This document shows positions 1-14,153 of a stretch of DNA of 64,000 nucleotides, piece after piece. This stretch comes from an uncultured Chloroflexia bacterium (GTDB lineage Bacteria > Chloroflexota > Limnocylindria > Limnocylindrales > CSP1-4). Position 1 is the stretch's first letter. The number at the start of each line of letters is the position of its first letter. The stretch spans positions 1,088,001 through 1,152,000 of the forward strand of contig CAVPPB010000003.1 in assembly GCA_963707215.1 (NCBI GenBank). Direction: 5' to 3'. The notes under the pieces were generated by a model, which was not told the origin of the DNA, did no database searches, and saw nothing but the letters and a program-made list of their open reading frames with translations. The position numbers and the translations under genes are program-made.

Positions 1-145
1 CCCCGACCGCCCGGAGGAACCGGGGCACCCGGGAGGCGGGACCGACGGTCGCCGAGCCGGCCACGACGACGAAGTCGCAGTACGGACAGATCGACCGGCA
101 GAACGGGACGTGGACGTAGAGCGCGACAGGGGGTGCCGGCCTCAT
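1..145 (-). CDS. hemW: Radical SAM heme chaperone HemW (HemN-like), N-terminal part, runs off the window
   Basis: Manual translation from ATG 145: MRPAPPVALYVHVPFCRSICPYCDF, with the LYVHxPFC and CxxxCxxC motifs; lies downstream of lepA. Confidence 0.85.
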   Translation of the reverse strand, partial: MRPAPPVALYVHVPFCRSICPYCDFVVVAGSATVGPASRVPRFLRAVG

Positions 146-161
146 TCGGAGATCCGCCGGG

Positions 162-926
162 TCAGCCGTCCCGGGGTGACGACCCTCGGCGCTCGCGGCC
201 GATGACCCGCCAGCCGCGCGGCGGCAATCGGCCTGCCAGGAGCTCCTCGGCCTCGGCGCCGCGGGCCAGGCTGTGGCCCACGTGGCCGGTCAGGACGAAA
301 CCGGCGAAGCGGGTGATGGCGTGGGCGATGAAGGCCGCCCCGATTCCGCCGGTCAGGACGGTCAGCCAGCCGCCGACCAGCCCGTAGACGAGCGACAGCC
401 CCAGAAGGTACCTCGACCGGCCCGTCGCCCCGGTCCGGGTCGCCAGGGCGTAGACGAGGGTCTGGACGACGACCGCGAGCCACGGCTCGAGCCCGGTCGC
501 GAGGAGGACGCCCAGCAGGACGCCCCGGAAGGCCGCCTCGTCGACGAGCGCGGTCAGAACGCTGTTGACCGCCGCCCACGGGTAGTCCTCGAGCGGCGGC
601 CAGCGGAACCGACCGTAGCGGTACCAGGCCCAGACCGCGGCCTGGGCGACGCCGAGGGCGCCGAACACGAAGCCCAGGAGGATGGCCGGCAGGCGGTCGC
701 CGAGGCTGAGCAGGAACAGCTGGTCCGGGTCCGGGGCGACCAGCAGGATCCCGGCGATCAGGGCCCCGCCGATGGCGTACCAGCCGACCCGCATGAAGAC
801 GCCGGGACCGCCCGGACCCGCCGGCTCGTCGTACTCGGCCGTGCCGAAGCGCTCGGCATCGAACCGCAGGAGGATCAGCAGGGCTCCGAGCCCGAGGGCG
901 ACGAGGGTCCGGAGCGTCTCCTCCAC
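162..926 (-). CDS. CPBP/Abi-family intramembrane protease-like protein with degenerate motifs
   Basis: Multi-TM 254-aa ORF; DEAAFRG resembles EExxFRG, AHAITR resembles HxxxN. Confidence 0.7.
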   Translation of the reverse strand: MEETLRTLVALGLGALLILLRFDAERFGTAEYDEPAGPGGPGVFMRVGWYAIGGALIAGILLVAPDPDQLFLLSLGDRLPAILLGFVFGALGVAQAAVWAWYRYGRFRWPPLEDYPWAAVNSVLTALVDEAAFRGVLLGVLLATGLEPWLAVVVQTLVYALATRTGATGRSRYLLGLSLVYGLVGGWLTVLTGGIGAAFIAHAITRFAGFVLTGHVGHSLARGAEAEELLAGRLPPRGWRVIGRERRGSSPRDG

Positions 927-929
927 CGC

Positions 930-2741
930 TCAGCTCTCGCCGACGCGGAGCATCGCAAGGAAGGCCTCCTGGGGGATCTCCACGGAGCCGACCCGCTTCA
1001 TCCGCTGCTTGCCCTCCTTCTGCTTCTCCAGGAGCTTGCGCTTGCGGGTGATGTCGCCACCGTAGCACTTGGCGAGGACGTTCTTTCGCATCGCCCGGAT
1101 GGTCTCCCGGGCCACCACGCGGGAGCCGATCGTCGCCTGGATCGGCACCTCGAACATCTGGCGGGGGATGAGCTGCTTCAGCTTCTCGACGAGGGTCCGG
1201 CCGACGAACGTGGCCTTCTCGCGGTGGGTGATGAGGGACAGGGCGTCGACCGGCTCGCCGTTGACGAGCACGTCGACCTTGACCAGGTCGGCCTCTCGGT
1301 AGCCCGCCTCCTCGTAGTCCATCGAGGCGTAGCCGGCGGTCCGCGTCTTGAGCTGGTCGAAGTAGTCGACGATGACTTCGGCCAGGGGCATCTCGAAGCG
1401 GAGCAGGACCCGCTCGGGATCGAGGTACTCCATGTCGAGGAACACGCCCCGCCGGTTGGTGGAGAGCTCCATGAGGGTCCCGATGTAGGACGCCGGCGTG
1501 ACGACGCTGAGGACGACCCAGGGCTCCTCGATCGCCTCGATGTCACCGAGGGGCGGCAGCTTGGCCGGGTTGTCGACCGCGACCACGCCGCGATCGTGGA
1601 GCAGGCGGACGCGGTACTCGACCGACGGGGCAGAGGCGATCAGGTCGAGGTCGAACTCGCGCTCCAGTCGCTCCTGGACGATCTCCATGTGAAGGAGGCC
1701 CAGGAAGCCGCAGCGGAAGCCGAACCCCAAGGCGACCGAGCTCTCCGGTTCGAAGGTGACCGAGGCATCGTTGAGGTGGAGCTTGTCGAGAGCGTCACGG
1801 AGCAGGGGGTAGTCGTCGCCCTGGACCGGGTAGAGGCCGGCGAAGACGAGGCTCTTGGCGGGCTGGTAGCCGGGCAGCGGTACCGAGGCCGATCGGGTGG
1901 CCGAGGTCACGGTGTCGCCGACCTGGGCGTCGCGGACGCTCTTCAGGCCCGTCGCCACGTAGCCCACGTCACCGGCGATGAGGCGCTCGACCGGCACGAG
2001 CTTGGGACGGAAGAACCCGAGCTCCAGGAGCTCGGACTCGGCGCCAGAGGCCATCAGGCGGACCGTGTCGCGGCCGTGCAGCGTCCCCTGCTCCAGGCGG
2101 ACGTAGACGATGACGCCCTTGTAGGCATCGTAGTGAGAGTCGAAGACGAGGGCCTGGAGCGGCGCCTCGGGATCACCCTTCGGGGCCGGGATCCGACGGA
2201 CGATCGCCTCCAGGATCTCGGGCACGCCGGTGCCGTCCTTGGCCGAGGCGAGGAGGACCTCCTCGCGGGGGATCGCCAGGACGTTCTCCAGCTCCTCGAT
2301 GACCAGGTCGGGCTGGGCCGAGGGCAGGTCGATCTTGTTCAGGACCGGGATGATCGTCAGGCCCTCGCGCAGGGCGAGGTGGACGTTGGCGAGCGTCTGG
2401 GCCTCGATCCCCTGGGCCGCATCGATGACCAGCAGGGCGCCCTCGCAGGCCTGGAGGCTGCGGCTGACCTCATAGCTGAAGTCGACGTGCCCGGGCGTGT
2501 CGATGAGGTTGAGGCCGTAGCGGAGCCCATCCGCCGCCGTGTGCTCGAGTCGGACCGCCCGGGCCTTGATGGTGATGCCCTTCTCGCGCTCGAGGTCCAT
2601 CGAGTCGAGGACCTGGCTCGTCATCTGGCGCGGGTCGATCGTGTGGGTCAGCTCGAGGAGCCGGTCCGCGAGCGTGGACTTCCCGTGATCGATGTGGGCG
2701 ATGATCGAGAAGTTGCGCAGGCGGGCCTGGGGGATGGTCAC
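930..2741 (-). CDS. lepA: Elongation factor 4 (LepA)
   Basis: [31 protein letters not shown] and C-terminal [21 protein letters not shown]; TACACT -10 at 2750-2755, 8 nt before the GTG. Confidence 0.98.
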   Translation of the reverse strand: MTIPQARLRNFSIIAHIDHGKSTLADRLLELTHTIDPRQMTSQVLDSMDLEREKGITIKARAVRLEHTAADGLRYGLNLIDTPGHVDFSYEVSRSLQACEGALLVIDAAQGIEAQTLANVHLALREGLTIIPVLNKIDLPSAQPDLVIEELENVLAIPREEVLLASAKDGTGVPEILEAIVRRIPAPKGDPEAPLQALVFDSHYDAYKGVIVYVRLEQGTLHGRDTVRLMASGAESELLELGFFRPKLVPVERLIAGDVGYVATGLKSVRDAQVGDTVTSATRSASVPLPGYQPAKSLVFAGLYPVQGDDYPLLRDALDKLHLNDASVTFEPESSVALGFGFRCGFLGLLHMEIVQERLEREFDLDLIASAPSVEYRVRLLHDRGVVAVDNPAKLPPLGDIEAIEEPWVVLSVVTPASYIGTLMELSTNRRGVFLDMEYLDPERVLLRFEMPLAEVIVDYFDQLKTRTAGYASMDYEEAGYREADLVKVDVLVNGEPVDALSLITHREKATFVGRTLVEKLKQLIPRQMFEVPIQATIGSRVVARETIRAMRKNVLAKCYGGDITRKRKLLEKQKEGKQRMKRVGSVEIPQEAFLAMLRVGES

Positions 2742-2789
2742 GAGGCGGGAGTGTAGCCGACGCGGTCCCGCATACCCTCCACGAGTCCC

Positions 2790-3701
2790 TCAGACCCGGA
2801 TCGCCGTCAGGACGGACACGCCGACGACGATGAGCGACGCCCCGGCCAGCTGGACCCGATGGAGGCGCTCTCCGAAGAGCAGGTAGCCACCCACGGCCGC
2901 GATCGCCGCGAACTGGGCCGAGACGATCGCCGCCACCGCGATGCCGTCCTGGGCGCCGACCGTGTAGGCGGCGGTGCCGATGACCTCCAGGACGCCCGCG
3001 GCGACCACCAGGGGCGCGGCGGCCCGGACCAGGCGCAGGCGGCGGGAGATGGCCAACGGGATCGCCACGGCCACCACCCCGACGAGCCGGGCGATGAGGG
3101 CCACCCAGGCCACCGGCACCCCTTCGCCGACAGCCAGCGCCGAGGTCACCAGGCCGATCCCGAAGATCCCGGCAGCGGCGACGGCAAGACCCACGGCCGT
3201 CCGGTCGTCGCGGCCGGACCGGGTCAGCGGGGTCGGAGCCGACGTGGCGTCGCTCTCGCCCTCGCCCAGCACCGGTTCGAGGGCCGCCTCGCTTCCGGGC
3301 GTGGCGGCGAGGATGACCCCAACGACGATGACGACCAACAGGACCGCCCCGGCGGCCCCGAGGGTCTCACCCAGGGCGATCGCGATGACGGCGGCGATGG
3401 CCCCCTCCGTGGACAGGATCGGAGCCACGATCCCGACCCGGCCCCTCCGCAGCGCCGAGTAGGCCAGGAAGAGCCCGCCGACGTAGGACGCGCCCTGGAC
3501 GACGGCCAGGGTCCAGGCGAACGGCGTGAGGTCGCGGTCCGGGCGGACAGCCAGCGACGGTCCGAGGGCGGCCAGGGCGCCCGCGATCATGACCCAGGCG
3601 AGCACCGAGGCGGCTCCGATCATCCGGCTCGAGCGCGTGGACGAGAGGGTGGCCGTGGCCCAGCAGAAGGCGGCCACGAGGCCCCCGAGGATGGCGATCA
3701 C
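2790..3701 (-). CDS. EamA/DMT-family transporter
   Basis: About 10 hydrophobic segments in two repeats ending ALGE and LFGERL; start placed at GTG 3701, 6 nt after a GATACT -10-like hexamer. Confidence 0.85.
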   Translation of the reverse strand: MIAILGGLVAAFCWATATLSSTRSSRMIGAASVLAWVMIAGALAALGPSLAVRPDRDLTPFAWTLAVVQGASYVGGLFLAYSALRRGRVGIVAPILSTEGAIAAVIAIALGETLGAAGAVLLVVIVVGVILAATPGSEAALEPVLGEGESDATSAPTPLTRSGRDDRTAVGLAVAAAGIFGIGLVTSALAVGEGVPVAWVALIARLVGVVAVAIPLAISRRLRLVRAAAPLVVAAGVLEVIGTAAYTVGAQDGIAVAAIVSAQFAAIAAVGGYLLFGERLHRVQLAGASLIVVGVSVLTAIRV

Positions 3702-3769
3702 CAGCCGAGTATCGTCGACCGGGCGGATGTCGTCGGGCGAGGCCGCGGATCGGCCGCCAGCCTGGCCTG

Positions 3770-3778
3770 TGCTACCAT
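3770..3778 (+). promoter_or_regulatory. Extended -10 promoter of rpsT
   Basis: TGcTACCAT about 55 nt upstream of the TTG start; TGAGG RBS at 3819. Confidence 0.6.
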
Positions 3779-3832
3779 TCGCGGTCGCGCCAGCGGGCGC
3801 GTCCATCCTGTCCAGCACTGAGGTTCGTTCCC

Positions 3833-4606
3833 TTGGCCAAGACGCCCCGGAAGTGGTCGGGAGCTCGCACGCCGTCGGGCCTGAAGCGGGTCCGGTCCTC
3901 CGAGCGACGCTACGCCATCCTCCAGCCACGCCGAAGCGCGGTGAAGACGCTCTCCAAGAAGGCCGTCGCGGTCGCCACGACCCCGCAGGACGGCACCGAG
4001 GCGACGGCAGCCCTCGCCGACGCCATCAGCGCCCTGGACCGGGCAGCGAAGGCCGGGGCGATGCACCCGAACGCGGTGGCCCGCCGCAAGTCGCGCCTGA
4101 CCCGCAAGGTCAACGCGGCCCTGGCCGGGGCCGAGGTGGCGACATCGGCCAAGGCTGCCAAGTCGACCGGCAGCCTGGCCGCAGCCAAGGCCGCCAAGGC
4201 CCGGATCGCGGCCGGCAAGGCCGCCAAGGCCAAGGGCGAGCAGACCGCGGCCGGCAAGGCCCGCGCCGCCCTGGCTCGCTCGACGCGCGAGGAGACGGCG
4301 GCCGAGACGAAGCCGGCGGCCGAGACCGCGGCCGAGGCGCCGAAGACCCGGTCCCGGTCGACGGCCTCCAAGGCCACAGCGACGAAGGCTCCGGCCAAGG
4401 CGACCGCGTCGAAGGCGACGACCGCCAAGAAGACCACGACGGCCAAGAAGACCACGACGGCCAAGGCCCCCACGACGGCCAAGGCCCCCACGACCAAGAA
4501 GACCACCCCGAAGGCACCGACGAGCCGCTCCAAGGCCAGCCCGGCCGCCGAGGGCGCCGCCCCCAAGACCACGCGGACCCGCAAGAAGGCCGAGCCGACC
4601 GAGTAG
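3833..4606 (+). CDS. rpsT: 30S ribosomal protein S20 with a long Ala/Lys/Thr-rich C-terminal extension
   Basis: KRVRSSERR...RSAVKTLSKK...ALDRAAKAGAMHPNAVARRKSRL is the S20 signature; near lepA as usual. Confidence 0.93.
   Translation: MAKTPRKWSGARTPSGLKRVRSSERRYAILQPRRSAVKTLSKKAVAVATTPQDGTEATAALADAISALDRAAKAGAMHPNAVARRKSRLTRKVNAALAGAEVATSAKAAKSTGSLAAAKAAKARIAAGKAAKAKGEQTAAGKARAALARSTREETAAETKPAAETAAEAPKTRSRSTASKATATKAPAKATASKATTAKKTTTAKKTTTAKAPTTAKAPTTKKTTPKAPTSRSKASPAAEGAAPKTTRTRKKAEPTE
4412..4507 (+). repeat. 18-bp tandem repeats encoding K(K/A)(T/P)TTA units in the S20 tail
   Basis: ccaagaagaccacgacgg twice, then ccaaggcccccacgac(gg) twice. Confidence 0.8.
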
Positions 4607-4633
4607 GCGACGGACCACGCGAACGCACGAACG

Positions 4634-4663
4634 AACGCCCCGGGGCCGGTCCCGGGGCGTTTC
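4634..4663 (+). terminator. Hairpin terminator after rpsT, possibly bidirectional
   Basis: aacgccccggg-gccggt-cccggggcgtt, 11-bp stem between convergent genes. Confidence 0.7.
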
Positions 4664-4699
4664 CCGTGGGTCGTCGGCGACGGGCGGCCGCCGGCGCCC

Positions 4700-7847
<3,148 letters not shown>

Positions 7848-7902
7848 GGCGTGTCCTTCCGGGGCCCCGGGGCGCAGGGCGCTGGCGTATGGCGGGGTCG
7901 GA

Positions 7903-8988
<1,086 letters not shown>

Positions 8989-9175
8989 TCAGATGCGCCA
9001 CGGGCGGATGGGTCGGGTCGGAACGACGCCTCCTCGACCCTGGCCCTCCGATCGGCCCGCTGCGCCGGCGACGGGACGACGCGCGGCGTACGCGACTGGG
9101 ATCGGACCGGCCGGTGGGCCGGGTCGGGTCGGGTGGCCAGGGAACGCTACCTCGCCGCTTCGTGGGTGCTCGGGG

Positions 9176-9184
9176 AGTGTAGCA
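9176..9184 (-). promoter_or_regulatory. Extended -10 promoter, probably for gap-pgk-eno
   Basis: TGcTACACT on the minus strand about 250 nt upstream of gap. Confidence 0.55.
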
Positions 9185-9297
9185 AAGGGGTCGTCGACAC
9201 CCGGCGGGCCGGACCGACCACGCTCGGGGAGGCGACCGGCCGTCGTCGGGGGCCGAAGGGGCCGCGCCGACGGTCCGAACGGCTCGGCCGGGACATA

Positions 9298-9335
9298 CGA
9301 CGGCCCCGCACCGGCCGGGCCGGGCGGGGCCGTCG
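9298..9335 (-). terminator. GC-rich hairpin downstream of the DUF5679 gene
   Basis: cgacggccccgc...gcggggccgtcg, 12-bp stem. Confidence 0.55.
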
Positions 9336-9357
9336 AGGTCCTACGTCAGCAGGACGG

Positions 9358-9498
9358 TCAGCCGCCGATCCTGAAGACCTTGCCGCCGCACTTCGGGCAG
9401 GTGCCCTGGGTGGCAGGCTTGCCGTTCTTCATGGTGATCTTCTGGGGGTTCTGGATCTCGACCTTCTGCTTGTCCTTGACGCAGTACGCCTCAGCCAC
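9358..9498 (-). CDS. DUF5679-like small zinc-ribbon protein (46 aa), below the ORF-track cutoff
   Basis: MAEAYCVKDKQKVEIQNPQKITMKNGKPATQGTCPKCGGKVFRIGG; GAGGAGG RBS; TGaCACAAT promoter at 9550-9558. Confidence 0.88.
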   Translation of the reverse strand: MAEAYCVKDKQKVEIQNPQKITMKNGKPATQGTCPKCGGKVFRIGG

Positions 9499-9555
9499 GC
9501 GTTCCTCCTCTTGCTGCGGCGCCGACCGGGTCGGTCGGAGCCTTGGGCCATTGTG

Positions 9556-10398
9556 TCAGGTGCGCCAGAGGGACGGGTGCCAGCGGCCCGCCCCCGCCTC
9601 GCGCGTCTGGCGGTCCAGTTCCGCGAGGACGGCCAGGGCCTCGAGCCCCGTCTCCACGCAGTCCGCCTCGGCGCGGTCCTGCTGTCCGCCCTCCACGAAC
9701 GTCCCCTCGTTCCGCTGTGCGTAGACCGCGCAGACGACGCCGGCTCGGCAGCCGGCGAGGGACGCGAGCGTGAAGAGCGCCGATGCCTCCATCTCGAAGT
9801 TGAGGACGCGCTGGCGCTCCATCTCCGCGGCCAGGTCGGGATACCGGATCGGCAGCCGCTCGATGGGACGCCCCTGCGCCCCGAAGAACCCCGGAGCCGT
9901 CGCGGTGATCCCGACATGAGCCCGGTGCCCGAGCCGGTCGGCCGCCTCGATCAGCGCCAGGACCGCCTCGTGATGGGCGATCGCCGGGTAGCCGTCGCTG
10001 ACGAACCAGCTCGTCGTCGTCTCGAGCCGGACGGCGCCGGACGAGATGACGAGGTCCCCGAGGGCGATCTCCGGCTGGAGGGCCCCCGACGAACCGACAC
10101 GGATGAAGGTCGGTCGTTCCGTGATCGCCAGCACCTCCGCCAGCACGATCTCGACGTTGTCCGTCCCGATGCCGGTCGAGACGATCGAGATGCGATGCCC
10201 TCGGAAGCTCCCCGTCGCTGAGGCGAACTCGCGGTGCCGGTGCTCGAGCTCGACGGAGTCGAGACGCGCGGCGATGCGGGCCGTCCTGTCGGGATCACCG
10301 GGGAGGAGGATGTACTCGGCCAGCTGGCCTGGCCCAAGCCCGATGTGGTACTGCCGTTCTCCAACGGGGAGTGCGACGCGCGGATCCGCGCTCGGCAA
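9556..10398 (-). CDS. udp: Uridine phosphorylase (PNP/UDP family)
   Basis: QYHI, LLPGDPDR, HREF, STGIG, IRVGSSG, FFGAQGR, NFEME; TTG start after a purine-rich RBS. Confidence 0.85.
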   Translation of the reverse strand: MPSADPRVALPVGERQYHIGLGPGQLAEYILLPGDPDRTARIAARLDSVELEHRHREFASATGSFRGHRISIVSTGIGTDNVEIVLAEVLAITERPTFIRVGSSGALQPEIALGDLVISSGAVRLETTTSWFVSDGYPAIAHHEAVLALIEAADRLGHRAHVGITATAPGFFGAQGRPIERLPIRYPDLAAEMERQRVLNFEMEASALFTLASLAGCRAGVVCAVYAQRNEGTFVEGGQQDRAEADCVETGLEALAVLAELDRQTREAGAGRWHPSLWRT

Positions 10399-10446
10399 GA
10401 CCTCTTCCCCTCTCCTCGGATGCTTCGCTGGCGCGAAACTCGGGTG

Positions 10447-10476
10447 AGGATAGGCCGGCCATTTCGCGAGCGTCAA
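10447..10476 (-). promoter_or_regulatory. Sigma70-type promoter of udp
   Basis: TTGACG-N18-TATCCT; the -35 overlaps the stop codon of the upstream gene. Confidence 0.6.
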
Positions 10477-13400
10477 GCCGACCCGCCACGCTCGGTCCCG
10501 AGCGCGGACCGCAGCGTGACAGGATCCGGCGTCGCTCCGGGACCAACGGGACCCGCACTGGACGACCCACGACCGCTGGTCCCCGGCCTGCCCAGGCGTG
10601 CCAGACGGGCGGCGACCAGCTCGTCCCACCGGCGTCGATCCGCCCGGCGTCGGACGAGCGCGGTCGCGGCGGTCACGACGGCGATGGCCACGGCGGATAC
10701 GGCAGCCACGACCTGGAGGGGCTCGACGGCTGCGACCGCCCGGGCGTCGTGGTCGGGGGTCGGGGCCGGAGAGCCCTCGGATGGCGTCGACCGATCGGCC
10801 GCCGCGACCGCAAGACCTCCGGCCAGGACGATGCTCGTCGGGTCCTCGATCATGACGATCGGAGACTCAGGACCGGGCTCGACGCGGCCGGTCGCCGAGA
10901 TCGCATCACCCGGTCGCAGGTCGGCGGCCGCCGCCTCCGCTGCGCCGCGAAGGTCGAGTCTCGCGACGGCCGTGCCGTCGTCCAGGGAGATGCTCGCACC
11001 CTCTACCGCGAGCACCAGCCCGGAGACGCGGACCGCCCGGCCGACGTGCTCTCCCAGGGTCGCGAGGTCGACCGCCGGTGCATCGCCGCCGGATGCGAGC
11101 TGGCCGCCGGGGCCCTCGGCGACGGATCCGGGCGATCTGCCCCTGTCCGCACCTGCGGCAGCCGGTCCGGCACCGGGTCCGGCAGCACCGCCGTGGATGT
11201 CGGTGGGCCCACGCGGCACGAGCGCGAAGCGACGATCGGACGCGCTCGGGTACGGGCGCCGGACGAGGCCGGTGACCGTGACGCTGCCCCCCTCGCGGAG
11301 CGTCGTCGCATCGATGCCGGCCCCGACGAGGCCCGATAGGGGGATCGTCGCGCCTCCGGCCAGCCGCAGATCGGCCCGCCAGCGGTCGCCCAAGCGCTGG
11401 ACGTCGACGATGACGCCCCGGGCGCGGCCGAGCCGCCACTCGTCGGGATCACCGAGGGGTCGGTCCACCTCGAACGGGACCGGCGGGGAGCCGGGCCCAA
11501 GGGCCACGGCCGTGCTGGCCCGGAGCCTCGGCGCACCGTAGGCGATGCCCATCGTCCCGGTGGCCCGGACCCGATCGCCGACGGACCAGCTCACGGCCTG
11601 CGGCAGGAGGAGCTCGACCGCCGCCGTGGCATCTTCGACGACGACCCGTCGGCCGGAGCCGTCGAGCAGGCTCGGGCCGGCCGTGATGACGCCCTCGACG
11701 GTCACCGTCTCGTCCCCGGCGGTCCGCGCCGCGGCGATGCCGGTGACGCCGGGCGCCGACGACGGTTCGGCTCCGGTGGGCCCGCTCGGCGTGGGCGTCG
11801 GGGGTGCCTGGAGGACGACGAGGTCCTCACCGTCGCGGAGCCAGATCCGGTAGCCGTCTGCGGCCCCGATCCTCGATGCGCGCTGGCCGACGATACCGAC
11901 GATCCGGTAGATCGTCCCCGGGATGAGATCGGCTCGCTCGACCTCCGTCGAGGGGTCGACGTAGGCCCGGAAGGCGACGCCATCGGCGTCGTCGAGCTCC
12001 AGACTGAGGGTCCCTGCCGTCGAGCGCTCCGTGCGCCGCAGGCGACCGTCGATGCGGACCAGGCTCGCCTCGAGCGGCTCGCCGAGCTCGCCCGCCGTGA
12101 CGGTCCGCGGGAGCGGCTCTGGCGTCTCGCCAAGGTCGAGCAGCTGGCCGGGCGCGTCGAGCCTGACCTCGAGCTGTCCGTATGGGTCGGCCAGCTTGCC
12201 GGTCACCTCGAGCCGGTCGCCCCGACCTACGACGACGTCGTCGGGAAGGCGAACGACGATCGCGGCGGTCCCGTCCTGGATCGGCACGAGTGCGGGCTTG
12301 GCCAGCCGCTCCGGCTCGGCCGTGACCACGCCGCGGACGCGAATGGTCGACCCGGCGGCCAGTGCCCGAGCCTCCGCGATCGAAAGCACGCCCGGTTCGG
12401 CGGGCGGTGAGGGCGGACCGGTCGGGCCGGGCGTGGGAGAGGCCGGGATCGATGGCTGCGGTGACGGGTCGGGGGACGAGCGCACGACGTCCGCCGCTCG
12501 CGTCACGTGCAGCCGGTAGCCGGCCAGGCCGGTGCCGCCGCTGTCGCGCTGTCCGAGGGGACCGGCGGCGGTGAGTCGGTCGCCGCGGGCCAGCCCGAGT
12601 TCGGTGCTCAGCCCGGCGACGAGGATGACCCGCAACGGACCGGTGCCGTCGTCGACGGTCACCGCGTCGCCATCGGCGAGCGGATCCGGACCCTGGGTCA
12701 CTACCCCGGCGATCCGCACCAGCCGTCCCTCCAGGGCCTCGTCGACGGACCCGGTCACCGCGCCCATGGGCTCGGGCAGCTGGGCCTCGCCCAGGTCGAC
12801 GAGCGCAGCCACCCGCAGCGTCCGCTGGCTGTAGCGGTCGTCCACGGCGCCATCGACCTGGATCCGGTGGCCGGCCGGGATCGTCACCGCTGGCTCGGCG
12901 TCCAGGAGGATCGCGATGCCGCCGGTCTCGTCCTGGACAAAGGCTCCGCGGCCGCTCTCCAGCGCAGCGAGATCGGTCGTCAGGACCCCCTCGATCGTCG
13001 CGGATGCGCCATCCGGCAAGGTCCGGGCGACTCCGATCGGGCTGACCTGGGGGCCGGCCGTCTGGGATGGTGATGGTGCAGCTGTCGGCGTTGCGGTCGG
13101 AGATGGCGCGAGCGTGGGCGACGGCGACTGAGAAGGCGCAGGGGATGACGCGGTCGGACTCGGCGACGGCTGCGGGCTCGGGTCCGGGCTCGGGCTGGCT
13201 GGGGTCCGGGATCGGACTGCGGGTCCGGGCTCGGGCTGGGGCTCGGGTCCGGGCTCGGGCTGGGGCTGGTCGGTCCGGGCTCGGGTCCGGGCTCGGGGAC
13301 CCCGTCGGGGAGGGTGACGGCCACGGGCCGCCTCCCGAGCCCTCCGGGACGGGAGCCGGGTCGACCGACAGATCCGCTGCGTTGTCGTTGGTGTCAACCG

Positions 13401-13971
13401 GTCGGCCATCGGGGAGCACCCCCCGGGCGATACTGGTGCCCGGGGCCGGGGCAACAGCCGCGCTGCCCTCGACGAAGGCGTTCGAGGCGTCGCCCCATCC
13501 GACCGCGTCGATCGGCGCACCGCCGATGGAGCGGACGGCCAGGGCACCCCCGGTCGCAGCCAGGCCACCGCTGTACGTCCCGTCTGCGAGACCGGCATGG
13601 ATGCCGGCCGCATTGGCCAGCAGCAGGCGACCGCCGGGCGCCAGCACGGCCCCGCTCGGCCAGGCGGCCTTGCGGGTCACGGTGCCACCGGACGACGTCA
13701 CGTAGACGAGCTCCAGCGGCGCAAGGTCGACCGGGGACGAGGCCACGTTCGCCAGCTCGATCCACTCGTCGGAGGCCGAGGCACCACCGGTCACGATCTC
13801 GGTGACCAGAACGCTCGTCGACGGTGGCCAGCCGACATCCGCGGCCGGCAGCAGGTCGAGCGGCATGCCGGCCGGGTGGGCCGTCCCGGCGATCGGGCGT
13901 GCGGGCACGAGGCCCGCCGCAAGGAAGGCCAGGAACAGAACGACGGTCGTGAGCCGCCGGACGAGTGCCAT
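10473..13971 (-). CDS. Secreted, membrane-anchored protein with a lamin-tail domain and repeated OB-fold-like units; frameshift in the Pro/Ser linker near 13260-13300
   Basis: Signal peptide and LTD motifs (VTEIVTGG..DEWIELAN..DTNDNAAD) in ORF 11827-13971; repeated IxxAR...V/IxGVvT units and a C-terminal TM plus RRR in ORF 10473-13613. Confidence 0.75.
13170..13300 (-). repeat. Short tandem repeats encoding a PSPDPSPS linker
   Basis: Repeated gggctcgggtccgggctcgggctgg-like units. Confidence 0.75.
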
Positions 13972-14153
13972 GGGTCGACCTCCCGGCGGGCATCGGGTGG
14001 CGGTCCCCGCTGTGTACCTCGCCGCGCTTCACCGCTGCGTATCCGCTGCCCGGCCCTGTTCGACTACCATTGGCGCCCTGCGTCGACCGTGCTCGAGTGC
14101 GGTCCGCCATCGCCGACCCACCGGCCGGCCCGCCCGACCCGGCCCCCGAGGAG

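Noticed and set aside
273-2756. Long antisense and alternate-frame ORFs (e.g. 273-2756 +, 38332-41010 -, 14921-17041 +, 53688-56294 +)
   Set aside because: Shadow frames of real high-GC genes; R/G/P-rich or mirror composition with no family motifs
13170-13300. Tandem repeats as a CRISPR array or phase-variation tract
   Set aside because: No unique spacers or cas genes; they encode a Pro/Ser linker, and the frameshift fits the general error pattern, though slippage cannot be excluded
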